Shown here piece after piece: positions 36,660-50,225 of a stretch of DNA of 64,000 nt. The position numbers were made by a program, and so were the translations under genes. The stretch comes from Escherichia phage vB_EcoM-673R5. Below the pieces are notes generated by a model. That model saw only the letters and a program-made list of their open reading frames with translations, did no database searches and was not told the DNA's origin. The DNA lies in sequence record ON470615.2. One strand, 5' to 3'. The stretch's first letter is position 1, and each line of letters opens with the position of its first letter.

Positions 36660-37691
36660 ATGTCCAATTTACTGACCGTACACCAAAATTTGCCTGCATT
36701 ACCGGTCGATGCAACGAGTGATGAGGTTCGCAAGAACCTGATGGACATGTTCAGGGATCGCCAGGCGTTTTCTGAGCATACCTGGAAAATGCTTCTGTCC
36801 GTTTGCCGGTCGTGGGCGGCATGGTGCAAGTTGAATAACCGGAAATGGTTTCCCGCAGAACCTGAAGATGTTCGCGATTATCTTCTATATCTTCAGGCGC
36901 GCGGTCTGGCAGTAAAAACTATCCAGCAACATTTGGGCCAGCTAAACATGCTTCATCGTCGGTCCGGGCTGCCACGACCAAGTGACAGTAATGCTGTTTC
37001 ACTGGTCATGCGACGGATCCGAAAAGAAAACGTTGATGCCGGTGAACGTGCAAAACAGGCACTGGCGTTCGAACGCACTGATTTCGACCAGGTTCGTTCA
37101 CTCATGGAAAATAGCGATCGCTGCCAGGATATACGTAATCTGGCATTTCTGGGGATTGCTTATAACACCCTATTACGTATAGCCGAAATTGCCAGGATCA
37201 GGGTTAAAGATATCTCACGTACTGACGGTGGGAGAATGTTAATCCATATTGGCAGAACGAAAACGCTGGTTAGCACCGCAGGTGTAGAGAAGGCACTTAG
37301 CCTGGGGGTAACTAAACTGGTCGAGCGATGGATTTCTGTCTCTGGTGTGGCTGATGATCCGAATAACTACTTGTTTTGCCGTGTCAGAAAAAATGGTGTT
37401 GCCGCGCCATCTGCCACCAGCCAGCTATCAACTCGCGCCCTGGAAGGGATTTTTGAAGCAACTCATCGATTGATTTACGGCGCTAAGGATGACTCTGGTC
37501 AGAGATACCTGGCCTGGTCTGGACACAGTGCCCGTGTCGGAGCCGCGCGAGATATGGCCCGCGCCGGAGTTTCAATACCGGAGATCATGCAAGCTGGTGG
37601 CTGGACCAACGTAAATATTGTCATGAACTATATCCGTAACCTGGATAGTGAAACGGGGGCAATGGTGCGCCTGCTGGAAGATGGCGATTAG
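36660..37691 (+). CDS. cre: Cre tyrosine recombinase
   Basis: 343 aa intact, MSNLLTVHQNLPALPVDATSDEVRKNLMDMFRDRQAFSEHTWKMLLSVCRSWAAWCKLNNRKWFPAEPEDVRDYLLYLQARGLAVKTIQQHLGQLNMLHRRSGLPRPSDSNAV...MVRLLEDGD. Confidence 0.97.
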   Translation: MSNLLTVHQNLPALPVDATSDEVRKNLMDMFRDRQAFSEHTWKMLLSVCRSWAAWCKLNNRKWFPAEPEDVRDYLLYLQARGLAVKTIQQHLGQLNMLHRRSGLPRPSDSNAVSLVMRRIRKENVDAGERAKQALAFERTDFDQVRSLMENSDRCQDIRNLAFLGIAYNTLLRIAEIARIRVKDISRTDGGRMLIHIGRTKTLVSTAGVEKALSLGVTKLVERWISVSGVADDPNNYLFCRVRKNGVAAPSATSQLSTRALEGIFEATHRLIYGAKDDSGQRYLAWSGHSARVGAARDMARAGVSIPEIMQAGGWTNVNIVMNYIRNLDSETGAMVRLLEDGD

Positions 37692-37708
37692 CCGTTCATT
37701 TGCGCTTG

Positions 37709-37725
37709 ATTGCTCTAATCATTTG
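37709..37725 (+). promoter_or_regulatory. C1 operator-like site downstream of cre
   Basis: ATTGCTCTAATcATTTg. Confidence 0.5.
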
Positions 37726-37741
37726 ATATTTATGGTGACAC

Positions 37742-38053
37742 ATGCGGAAGGATTTCAAAATAGACGGAAAATATGTGGTGCTGTCTGTAAGCTCTCAAAT
37801 TCAGTCACCATCTGTCATTGTCACCGTAAAGTTGAGCGATAGGATGCCTGATATCGACTCGATATCTGTTGCGTTCCCCGTTAAAAGTATGCGGAGTGCT
37901 GAACATTTTGTGATGAATGCAACGGAGGAGGAAGCGCGGCGCGGGCTTACTAGAGTGATGGCGGAATTTGGCGAACTCCTGGGTAAGGTAAACAATGCCC
38001 TTTCAATCAGTTCAGCAAGATCCAAAGCGTTAACAGCTTCCATGATGAAATAA
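37742..38053 (+). CDS. small protein following cre (cra-like)
   Basis: 103 aa ORF followed by a terminator. Confidence 0.45.
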   Translation: MRKDFKIDGKYVVLSVSSQIQSPSVIVTVKLSDRMPDIDSISVAFPVKSMRSAEHFVMNATEEEARRGLTRVMAEFGELLGKVNNALSISSARSKALTASMMK

Positions 38054-38057
38054 AAAA

Positions 38058-38082
38058 GCCTGGCAAGGAGCCAGGCTGCACA
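38058..38082 (+). terminator. intrinsic terminator
   Basis: agcctggc-aagga-gccaggct after an A-run. Confidence 0.5.
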
Positions 38083-38183
38083 AAAGAGCGGGTTTGTATT
38101 CCGCATCCAATCAATCAAGAAGGAGTATAGCACACAGGTACTGAAGTGAAAAAATGTGATTCGCGATTAACAAAATATCTACC

Positions 38184-38213
38184 ATTGCTCTAATTGATTG
38201 CTATAATTAAGCC
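38184..38213 (+). promoter_or_regulatory. tandem overlapping C1 operators upstream of ref
   Basis: ATTGCTCTAATTGATTG (38184-38200) and ATTGCTATAATTAAGCC (38197-38213). Confidence 0.65.
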
Positions 38214-38296
38214 GCAGTTTTTGTCAACTACGAAGACGTTGCCATTACTTAACTCCTTGACATCATTGGCGGCCATTAGGCCGCCTTTTTTGCCAT

Positions 38297-38852
38297 ATGA
38301 AAACAATCGAACAAAAACTTGAACAGCGCCGCGAGTGGCAGAAGGCTGCCAGAGAACGAGCGATCGCTCGGCAACGGGAAAAGTTGGCTGACCCCGCTTG
38401 GCGAGAATCGCAATATCAGAAAATGCGGGATTCTATCGACCGCCGTATCGCTAAACAGAAAGAGCGCCCACCAGCCAGCAAAACGCGGAAAAGCGCGGTA
38501 AAAATAAAATCTCGTGGCTTGAAGGGAGAACACCAACGGCGGAGGAACGGCGCATCGCCAATGCTCTTGGCGCTCTCCCTGCATTGCCTGCTACATGCAT
38601 GGAGTAATATCTGAAGAGGTATCTCTGCACCATATCTCGGTCGTACCGCGCCGGGTTGTCACAAAAAGCAATTGCCCCTTTGTAGATGGCACCACCAGCA
38701 TGCAGCACCGGCTGAAGTAAGAGAAAAATACCCTGGCTGGTCCCTGTTCATGCCGATGGTGTGGTTGGAGGCAAGAAAGAATTCACCTTGCTGAACAAGT
38801 CAGAGATGGAGTTGCTGGCTGACGCCTATGAGATGGCAAACATCATGCACTA
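38297..38852 (+). CDS. ref: Ref recombination-enhancement HNH endonuclease; frameshifts from about 38525
   Basis: N-terminus MKTIEQKLEQRREWQKAARERAIARQREKLADPAWRESQYQKMRDSIDRRIAKQKERPPASK; other frames give VSLHHIS and GVVGGKKEFTLLNKSEMELLADAYEMANIMH. Confidence 0.75.
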
Positions 38853-39041
38853 ATAAATATATTATTTTTAATCTGAAATAATTGACAACTGACAAGTGAC
38901 TTCAGTCAGAATCATCACATGCCCGGTACGGATGGATCCCTTTTCAAATATTCCATGGACGGCACAGTCTGAGTACCGGGCGCTACCTTCAGTTGTATTG
39001 CTAAGCCGCCGCTGGTGGCTTTTCTTTTTGTAGGGGGCGCT

Positions 39042-39293
39042 ATGGATAAGAAAATATGCGTTGTGTCGATGAGCGTCGGCAAACCGGCGTCAATGACTGC
39101 TGCATGGATCAATAACGAGCTGATAATGGCTGAGCGGACCAGCTACCCTGAACGCCGCCGCGATATGGAACTCCAGCTGCTGCGCGAATTGCGAGAAAAA
39201 GAGGAAAAGGGTTTTATCGTGCTGGTGGAAGAGGAAAACAGCTTTATTACTGGTCGAGTTGGCCAGCGTGTAAGGTTGCGCGATCCTTCATGA
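39042..39293 (+). CDS. hypothetical protein between ref and the toxSAS gene
   Basis: ATG 39042 inside track ORF 39015-39293. Confidence 0.35.
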   Translation: MDKKICVVSMSVGKPASMTAAWINNELIMAERTSYPERRRDMELQLLRELREKEEKGFIVLVEEENSFITGRVGQRVRLRDPS

Positions 39294-39658
39294 ACGGCAG
39301 GCCGGTACTAATTGAGGCAATGCAGATTTATAAGGAGCTGGAACGCCAGAAAGCAATCAAGTTACCGCGCAAGGAATCCGGCAAATACATTCTCCACCAA
39401 AGCATCTTCGATTCCGAACACGATAAAAAAGGCGATGAATTTTTCAACATCAACTGGAGCGAAATAACGACAGAGCATGTTCTGACGTTACTATGTTGCT
39501 TTGCGACGGAATACAACAACGTTGCCAGCGCCGACTACATCAGGGCAATGGCTGGAGAAGTTGAGGCCCGCCAAGAACCATCGTTACTAAGTCCACTGAT
39601 TAACATAATTCTGGGCACCCAGATACTGGAACAAAAAAAGTGCCGAAAGGGGTATTAA
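39290..39658 (+). CDS. hypothetical protein, 122 aa
   Basis: ATGA overlap with the preceding gene. Confidence 0.35.
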   Translation: MNGRPVLIEAMQIYKELERQKAIKLPRKESGKYILHQSIFDSEHDKKGDEFFNINWSEITTEHVLTLLCCFATEYNNVASADYIRAMAGEVEARQEPSLLSPLINIILGTQILEQKKCRKGY

Positions 39659-39774
39659 CAGGCAAGCATAATTATTTTTAACAATTACATACAGTAATTT
39701 TGTGGTTACATTCTCCATTGATTTTCTAACCGCTTTATCATTAGATGTAACAGCATGTAAATCATTTAAAATGG

Positions 39775-40883
39775 ATGAAAGCAATGGGGAATGAAGTTTA
39801 TCAAAGTCAAAAATGCAAGTTGAAATATTCAAAATCTCAAATTGATAGGGCTGCTCAATTGATAAGGCACGGGTGTAGTGACGAAGAAAGGCAGCAATCT
39901 ATTGAAATGATACAAAATTTCCGTGAGCTGCATCTTTATCCATTAATGCTCATGAAAAATCATTTAGCAAGAGCAGCTGCTAAGGTTGACAAGGACAAAA
40001 AGATTCTCGTTGCAAGAAGACTTAAGCGACTTTCTACCATAATAGATAAACTAGAGCGTCCTAGTCTTGATGGAGGCAGAACTAGCAATGCAATTAAATT
40101 AACACGGATGCAGGACGTTGGCGGATGTAGGGCCATTGTCAGAAACTTAGACCAGTTGATACAGCTAAAGGAACGTCTTTTAAAAAGCAAATCTGTTCAT
40201 AGGATTGTTAAAGAGTATGATTATCTTACTCCCAAAGACAGCGGCTATAGTGGAATCCACCTTGCATACAGTTGCTTCGATCAGAAGAGGATCAATATCC
40301 GTGGCGAAAAACAAAGATTGAGATACAGTTAAGAACTCAATTGCAGCATGCTTGGGCTACCAGCCTTGAAATAATTGATACCCTTGAAGGTATCAAGCTG
40401 AAAACTTCAAGTGAAGGGCATCCAGAATGGAGACGATTTTTCTATCTAGCCGGATGTCTTGTAGCGCACGACGAAAAAGCCTGCACTCTTGATGAGCTAG
40501 TTGTATCTCAGTATGAAGGCGAGCTTAAAGAGCTGGAACGGACTTTATCTGTACGGAGGAAACTAAGCACATACACCATCGCCTTAAATTTAACTTCTGA
40601 CGCGAATTTGATTAAGAAGTTGCCAAAAAATCATAAGGGGCATTACTTAGTAACAATGAGAAATGCAGAAAACAAGCCCAATACAAAAAACAAAAAAATG
40701 TTCCTAGTGTCTGTTCGCGCATTTAAAACAAAAGAAGCAGATGAAGCCCTTGAGGCCTTAAATAAAGACGATTCTAATCCTAATGTATTGATATCTGTTC
40801 TCGTTGCTACAGATAACATTAAGTCACTAAAAAAGCCTACCCCAACTATTTTGGCTCAACAAACCAGTTTACAAAATTCTTAG
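39775..40883 (+). CDS. fused RelA/SpoT-synthetase toxin (toxSAS) with C-terminal extension, CapRel-like; one frameshift in the A-run at 40305-40315
   Basis: Synthetase motifs RRLKRLSTIIDKL, DVGGCRAIV, GYSGIHLAY, EIQLRTQLQHAWA; about 140 aa C-terminal extension; no separate antitoxin ORF. AT-rich. Confidence 0.7.
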
Positions 40884-40917
40884 ATAAGCATCTTCGTAAC
40901 GAAGGATAGTTGCTTAA

Positions 40918-40943
40918 TTTTGCCCGGTAATTCCGGGCAAAAT
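40918..40943. terminator. bidirectional terminator hairpin
   Basis: ttttgcccgg-taat-tccgggcaaaa. Confidence 0.55.
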
Positions 40944-40945
40944 TG

Positions 40946-41194
40946 TCAATCTGCATTCAGGAGCAATGCGTTATCTATGATGATCTGCTCCCATTCTTCG
41001 AATGCCCGATCGCGGACGCCCTGGGGAACACTGTTAGTTTTGAAATCGACCACCGTCCGCCATTTCCCGTCCGGGCGGTACATGCGCAGAGCTTTACTTC
41101 CCCCTTCCCTGCGCACCTCAACGTTATGCTTATCAGCAAACTCTTGTAATGCTCGTAGCGTCCCATGCTTTACTGTGTAGTATCGCTTTTTCAA
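40946..41194 (-). CDS. 82-aa basic protein, possibly the C1 co-repressor Lxc/Bof
   Basis: Intact ORF at the position where P1 has lxc after the R-M slot. Assignment rests on size and position only. Confidence 0.3.
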   Translation of the reverse strand: MKKRYYTVKHGTLRALQEFADKHNVEVRREGGSKALRMYRPDGKWRTVVDFKTNSVPQGVRDRAFEEWEQIIIDNALLLNAD

Positions 41195-41631
41195 GTTTTC
41201 TCTCCAGCCTGTGCCAAGGCTTCAACTTCCAAATCGTAAGACTCAAACTCATAGTCCTGGTCGTCAACTTCTTCAGGCACTGGCAGTAAATGCCAGGCTG
41301 AGTATATCTGACCATTATCAAAACGCTCCTGGCTGTAGAGCGTCGCGGCTATGAGTGTTAGCGCCGGGCGGTCATAACGGTAAATTTTGCGAACGTCACG
41401 GTCAACGAGACGACCGAAATTACCATAACCGCGCTCCAGTAATAATTTTTTAATTTCCGGCCAGTATGGGCCATAGCTGCGGTACAGGCGGGGATTTTTC
41501 AGTAATCGCCCGCGTAGCCCTGACAGGAAGAAATCAACGTATTCGTCTTCTGTCTTTCCTAACAATGCCGTACGCAGTACCGCCTCAAGATATGTTTTAT
41601 TCGGTTTTATTGTATCAGATAGTGTGGCCAT
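41191..41631 (-). CDS. hypothetical protein, 146 aa, upstream of the 82-aa gene
   Basis: Intact ORF; ATGA overlap with the downstream gene. Confidence 0.35.
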   Translation of the reverse strand: MATLSDTIKPNKTYLEAVLRTALLGKTEDEYVDFFLSGLRGRLLKNPRLYRSYGPYWPEIKKLLLERGYGNFGRLVDRDVRKIYRYDRPALTLIAATLYSQERFDNGQIYSAWHLLPVPEEVDDQDYEFESYDLEVEALAQAGEKT

Positions 41632-41664
41632 ATTATGCGACGCCCGGCGAACCGGGCGCTCCTG

Positions 41665-44600
41665 TTATGCGTATTGTTGGATGACGGCCAGAACGTCCGC
41701 CACGTTGTGTTTTGTCTCGATAATCCACCAGTTACCCGGGAAATCGCTGTTCTTCGCCTTCGCTGGCAGCCAGCGAGCGCCGAATTTCGCCTTGATTGCG
41801 TCTTTCGCACGGAAAAGAACGCCTTTCATGCCTGAGGCTTCCTGAAGCCCAAATACCTCGCCAGCGGCGAATTTTGGTGCGTACATCATCTTCAGGTCGG
41901 CGGTGGATACGCGATAATTCAGACCAAGAGACTGAGCTATGCTGGTGGCATCACCCTGTATTGATGATAACTCTTCTTGTTTCTCGTTTCTGGCGGCAAT
42001 TTCTTCCTCCGTGATGTTGCCAAGGGCCAGGTTTATCCGATCAGCGTCGGCCTGTTTCTCTTCATCGGTGCGTCCGGCAAGAACCGTGTTAACTCTCTGC
42101 AATATCTCCACATGATTCTTGCGCATGCTGAGCAATTCCGGCGTAACCTCGTTAAGATCCACCAGCCCAAGGATGGCAAGGTCGGAAAACATTGATACCA
42201 GGTTGTAGGTCATGCGATAGCTGAGTTGACCATAGGCTGATGGCAACTTCACCGCATCCATTTGATAGGCATCCATAAATTTAGAGCCGTCGTTTACGAC
42301 ATCCGCAATTGCCGGTGTGATTTTTCCTGTGGTGGCGGCCTCCCTGATTGCTGTTACCCACGATTGAGTCAGCGCGGCGACTGCATGATTCAGATTGGCT
42401 TTCCGTTCTGCTGCAATGTGCGCACTTGCTGCGTCCATTGCCTGCTTGATCTCGTCTTTATTGCTGTAAATGCCAATGGTGCCAAACTGTGCTGTGGTGA
42501 TCTCATAATCTGACGCCCGGACTCATGGGTACCGAAAATGGCATTGGTGACCTCAAGTTCAGAATCCCCGTTACGAGTAGCCCCTGGCTTGTTTTCTCCG
42601 GCATTTTTGCGATCGCATCCGCTATTTTCTCCTGAATTGCTTCAGGGGATAGCGTATCTCCGTATGACGCGATTACATCGCCATAATTGGAGCCAAACAA
42701 TTCAACCAGGAATGTTTCTGCCGAACGGATCTGGCGGTTATTCCCTTCCGACATCATACCAAGCACCCATTTTGCAATTGACGACTTCAGCGCGCCGTCA
42801 CGGCGATCCGGGTAAACCGCATGCTTCAGTGGGTCCGTATAGGTGCCAACAAAATCAATGCTATAGCCTGACTCTGTAGTCTGAACGCCGTATGAGTCAG
42901 TGATTTTGATCATGCCGCGCTGCTGGAAACGGTAGAAATCGTCACAGGAAATGATGTCGTTAATCCCGGCGATGGAGACGCCACCACTGATTTTCTGCAT
43001 AACAGCATCTTCATCGGGAGTTACATCCACCTGTTTATCCAGCGTCTTCACATCCCAGTTACCCGATTTGGTGCCTTTGAAGGTAAAGATGATCTCCACG
43101 TCTGCGCGCTGGCTGTCGAAGTCCAGCGACTTAATGCGAACGATATCACCGGCACAATCATAGTATTGGCCTACACGCCATGAGCGATCGCCGATAACAA
43201 GGAACTCATTCGCATGGTTAACCAGATCAGGATCAACATCCAGAATGCCTTTATTTATTGCATCCTCCACCAGCGGGCGCAGGCGTTTGATATCCGTCGC
43301 GGCCTTCTGAGTACGGTTCAATAATTTCTCATAGCGGGAGATGGCCTGAGAGATATTAGCCTTGCGCTGAATGGCGCTTTTCAACGACGCGCGATACTGT
43401 GCTAACAACATACGGTCTGTGTGATGGACGCTACCCCAGCGGGCTTTCCAGTCTGCGTTATCAGCTGCTTTGGCCATTACCGCCTGTTTGAATTTGGCGA
43501 CGTCGGCGGTGGTCTTTTCAAGTTCCGCTTTGCTTCGCTCCAATTCAGCGGTAAGTACCTCCACATCCTCACCAGCTGCGTGCTGCGCCTTGATGTAGTT
43601 CTGAAGGTCGATAGTAGCCTGTTCTTTCTGGCGAGCGCGTTTCGCAGCTTTCGCCTTATCCATTTGAACCTGCATCATTACCAGACGTTCGCCATCATCC
43701 TTAGCGGTATACATCTGCATTTCGATCATATCGTTGGCGTCGGCGTTCTCCATTTCTGACTTATCTGAACGGAGGATATCGGAGATCCAGCCTGCTTTAC
43801 GCTTCAGCGTCTTCAGTCGGTATTCATCGAAAGAACCCTTGCCGCAGTAGTAATGAACGCGAACGCTTGCACGGTTGGAGCCAACTCGAGCACCGCGACC
43901 GTTACGCTGTGCGATACTGGCTGGTGTCCATGGCAACGTCAGATGATGGATGTCAGTCGTTCCTCGATGCAGGTTGATACCCACCTCTGCCTTTTTGTTG
44001 CAGATGATGATCGGAGTCCGGCCCTCCTGGAAGTCGGCTGCAATCTTTTCCAGACCGCCCAACGACATTTCATTTTGCTGCGCGATATAGGCGTCATACA
44101 GAGCCATTTGCTCGTTGTATTTCGCTATCTGTGCATCTGTTGGTTCATCCGGTAACTCTTTCGGCGGTTTAACCGCTTTCAGTTTCTTACCGGTTTTACC
44201 TGCCTCGGCAACCGTCTGAGCATTCAGGATCCCCACCTTTGAAGGTTCAAGGTTAAGAGCATTGCAGATAATGCGCTTGAGCTTCTGGTGCTGCGTTTTT
44301 CGTCCGTGAAGATGATTTGCTTACCTTCCGGGAAAAACGCCTTCAGCGTGGCGATCAGCTTCGCGTATTTGGGTGTAACGGGGTGAGTTACGGTCTGTTC
44401 GTCAATGCCAAACTTGGCCAGGCGATTATTCACTTCCTGCTCAAATGCTTCCGGTACCTGCAACTGAATAAACTCGCCCTTATCTATCAGGGAGTATTGC
44501 GATTGCTGCGTGATCGAATCATCACTGTCGTCGTCTTCGCTGGTGGCTTGTTTAGGCAAACTGTCCGCCAGCTGCTGCACCGCATCGGCGTACTCCGGCA

Positions 44601-47600
44601 GGAAACGATAGGTGATCCTGCGATAGTACAGGTCCATGTCAGTACATACGCGGTCCATATCCCTGATTATTGAGAAGATCGGACGGGCTTTCTCGTGCTC
44701 AATCACGCCGTCTTCATTGACCGAGGTCGTTACGCCATTGTTGGCTTTGGCTGCCGCTTCCGCCTGCTGACGCAATTCTTCATACGCCGCCAGTTGTTCT
44801 TCCGTAAGTGGTGCATCCTGCTGGTGTTCGTCCAGTTCCGGGATCTCCACGGTATCCTTAACGTCTTCCGCCGTTTTAAGCGTTGTCCAGCGATGGAATA
44901 TGCCGCGCAGCGCATCAAGGTTTTCAAAGCCCACCAGCGCCATTTTTTCTTCAACTTCACCGCTGATTTTCTGTACCGTTTCCAGCCTGGTCTTGCCGAA
45001 GAATTTAACGAAGTCATCAGGACCGTAGATCCCCATCTTCTGCCAGTATTCCTTCGGCAGCACATGAGAAAGCATGTTGTATGCATCGATCGGGGTGTTA
45101 ACGACTGGCGTTGCAGTCAGGAGAACCGGTCCGCGCCCACCATTCTTTTTCATCAGGTACGCGTTTTTAATTGCCATATCCCGCGCCGATTGCGCCACCG
45201 CGCTGGTGGGCAGATAGGCCAGTTGTGACGCTTCGCGACCATTTTTATAGCTATTGCGGTAGTTGTGACCTTCGTCAGCGATCACACTATCGAAGCCCAT
45301 ATCCTCAAAGTACGGATACTTCTCTGCTTTTTCGGTGCCGGTATCTGAATACTCCGACAATACCCGGCGACGCGCGGCCTCTTTGCGGTGGGAGTCGGAG
45401 TCCATTGCGCTGGCTACGCGCCCGGCGGCAACGAAGTCATAAAGCATATCCTGTGCATGCTCATCTACGGTGTCATCACGTAGCGGAATGCGGGCGTATT
45501 GTTCTTTGGTAAACACGACTGCACGGTAATTTGAGTGCGGGATCGCGTTCATCCGCGCCGTGATAGTGGCTTCATCTGCCAGTTTTAGGGCATCGCGCAT
45601 AACTGGAGTGCCATCAGTACCAAGAACAGGTTTACCGTTCTCATCGAGCACCGGCACCTGGCGAATCTGATCGCCATCCATCAGCACATCAAGACCGACG
45701 AACAGGTAGTTACTGAATGCCTCTTCACTCAGGAATTCTTTTGCTTCGTAATACCAGTTTTCCAGCACTGATTTAGGCACTACATACGCAGTACGGGTGG
45801 AGCGACCGTTCTCATAGTTGAACGCCTCAAGCGCCAGCGCGGTCGTAGTTTTACCCAGCCCGGTGCCGAAGCCCAGGATGCCGCGCCCATCTTCGGACAG
45901 TCGGCGCACTTCGCTATTCTGGTAATCAAATGGCTGGCGCTTACCGCTTAATCCCTTCAACCCAAGCGGATCGCCAGAGTGTTCATACGGGATATTGCTA
46001 TTGAACACATCGTTGTATTTGGCAACCAGTTCATCGTAGCGATCGTGCGTCTTGATCCACTTATTGAACTGGTCCTCAAGCAGTGCCATCTGCTCGCGGT
46101 AGCCGTTCGCCGTCGCGCTATCTTTGCCACCGATACGCGCACCATTGAGATACTTTTCCAGCTGTGCCGGGAACCCGGTCGCGTTTTCACCTGATTTACG
46201 GTCCCACTCGTAGCGGATCTCGCCTGTTTCTTTATCCTTGCGCTGGACGACACCGTATCGGTGCCCGACGAACAGGCCATCACCACCGTGATAGGTGTCA
46301 GAAACCATTTCGTCGCCTTCCAGCTGCACTGACTGCACATAGCGCAGATCCGGATAGCCGTTTTCCTGCAAAAACTCCAGAATGACGGAGCGGTCGAACC
46401 AACGGCTATTGAGCTTAAAGCGGATATTCTCTGCTGGCGTCTTGATGCGCTTCTCTTCGATCGCTGCCAGCTGATTAAGGACGTTGTTCTTTACTGGACC
46501 GTCGGGGAGTGTGGCAAGGAATTCCTGTTTTGGAGCCACTATCTCGTTAATGTCGCCGCTGGTGGCGCGGGCGAACGGAACAATCCCGCCATACGGAGAA
46601 ACCGCAATACCAGGAGTGCTGGCCAATAAATTAAGCAACTCTTCATCACTGGCTGGCAGTTCGCCGGTAAACGCAAGGCGGAAATCATCGAGCTGGATTG
46701 GATCGCGGGTAAGATCGCTATAGAGATAACGCAGGGTGTCCTGATAGCTGGTGGAGTCATAACTGGCGCTGGAATCATGCGTAACCAGCTTTCCTGTTAG
46801 CTCGTCAGAAATAGTGCCATCCAGCTTAATTGCACCACGGAAAGCAAACCAGGCGCGCGCACCGCTTCCCGATAATTTAGCTATCGGACCGCGACCGGGG
46901 TTACCAAAACGGTCAATCTCTGCCTGCAAACGGGACACCAGAGAAAGGCGCTGCTGTTCGATTTGTTCAGCACTATGCCCGGCGGCCTTCATATCCTGAT
47001 ATTCAATTAACATCCGGCCAATCATCGCCCCACGATACAAGCGTTCACGGTATTTTTCAGGCTGGCTGTTAATCCAGTCCACCAGCTGCACCATATCGTC
47101 GCTGATTGATGTGGTGTACTTATCGCGGACATTTGCCATCTGGGTAAATGTCATACCGAGACGGCCTTCTGTTGTAGTCAGGTTACGCTGAAGAGCCTCC
47201 CAGCTATCCGCGCCATAACTGGCAGCATCAATCTTAAGCTCCTTACCAGCATCAGCTTCAATCCAGCGACCACCAGCATATTTTTGCCATACGCCATTAA
47301 TCAGGCGCATTTCCCCTTCATCAACAACATCTGCGGTCGGTGACGGTTCAGCCATATCGAGCAAAGACCAGTCGATACGACTTTCGAAACGATGAATCAG
47401 CTTCGCTTTAAGAGCCTGGTTATCAATCTGACCGTCGGCACGAACCTCAATACGCCCCTGGAAGCCCTTTTCCTGGGTGCCATGAACAAACCGGCGGCCA
47501 TCCTTTTCAAACCACTTGCCAGAAATAAACGTTGGCCAAAGCACATTTGCCGATTCAAGAGTGCTTTCATCCACCAGGGGATTTTCTCAGCCATCTCTGC

Positions 47601-48428
47601 CGGATGTTTGCGCATCAGCACCACATCAACGACTGTACTGGTCCCGTTTGCGTCAAAAGTACCGGTAGGCAAGCGGTGAGCGCCAAGAAATTCAGCTTTA
47701 CGGGATAAGCGCAGGCGTAACCGCTTCATGTTTGAACCTGAAACAATGGACGGCGGCACAATCACGCACATGAATCCGCCTGGCTTTATCTTGTCCAGCA
47801 TGCGGAGCATGAAGTAAGAACCCATGTCCGTTTCTTCTGCGTAAGGCTTATCGATGTTGCGTGTGTTATCACGACCGCCGAACGGAACGTTACCCACAAC
47901 ATGGTCGAATGAATCGTTAGGCGTGCTTATAGCCAGCTGTTCGAACGGGGAAATCTGTACGCTGTCTTCCGGGTGTAACAACTGGTTTATACGACCGGAA
48001 ACACTGCTGATCTCAGTCGCGGTCATCACCGTACCAACCGGTTTTGTCTCATTAAAAACGCCGGTTCCCGCCGATGGTTCCAGAGTGTTACCTACGTCCG
48101 CGCCGTAGAGCTTCATGATCTCCCAGACACCTTCAGCGATCGGCTTTGGTGTGTAATATTCGGAGACGGACCCGCCAATGCCGCCTTCACCGGTGTACCC
48201 AGCCAGGATCTGGCGCTGTTCATCTGTCAGTGTCGCGCCGTCCACCAGCGAATTAAGCAAATCTATCGCCTTCTGATTCGCCTCCCGGCGCAGTCGGTCA
48301 TAGCTTTTGCCTTCCACCTTTTCCACGCCGTATTTAATCGGCGCTCGGTGAGATGTTATTGCCCTAATGTATTTCAATATTTCGCTGACACTTGAACAGC
48401 GAAACACCCCCATAAATAGCTTGTTCAT
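41665..48428 (-). CDS. darB: giant anti-restriction protein with N6-adenine methyltransferase and SF2 helicase domains; several frameshifts
   Basis: Four co-linear fragments (343 + 1116 + 577 + 257 aa) total about 2250 codons. MTase-like DHVVGNVPFGG; helicase LGFGTGLGKTTTALA, VIADEGHNYRNS. Confidence 0.8.
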
Positions 48429-48494
48429 TGGTAATCCTTAACAAGTGACTAGTGTTAAATTCCGTTCAAACACGATGCGAATTATTCTAATTAA

Positions 48495-50225
<1,731 letters not shown>

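Noticed and set aside
36216-37691. Cre/loxP as evidence of chromosomal integration (integrase plus attP)
   Set aside because: loxP-cre is the plasmid-prophage dimer resolution and cyclisation system of P1-type elements. No attachment-site-type repeats or tRNA-flanked junction were seen.
44317-45512. Plus-strand ORFs inside darB (44317-44673, 44695-45228, 45171-45512) and similar antisense ORFs inside hsdR/hsdS
   Set aside because: Shadow ORFs on the opposite strand of long, motif-supported genes.
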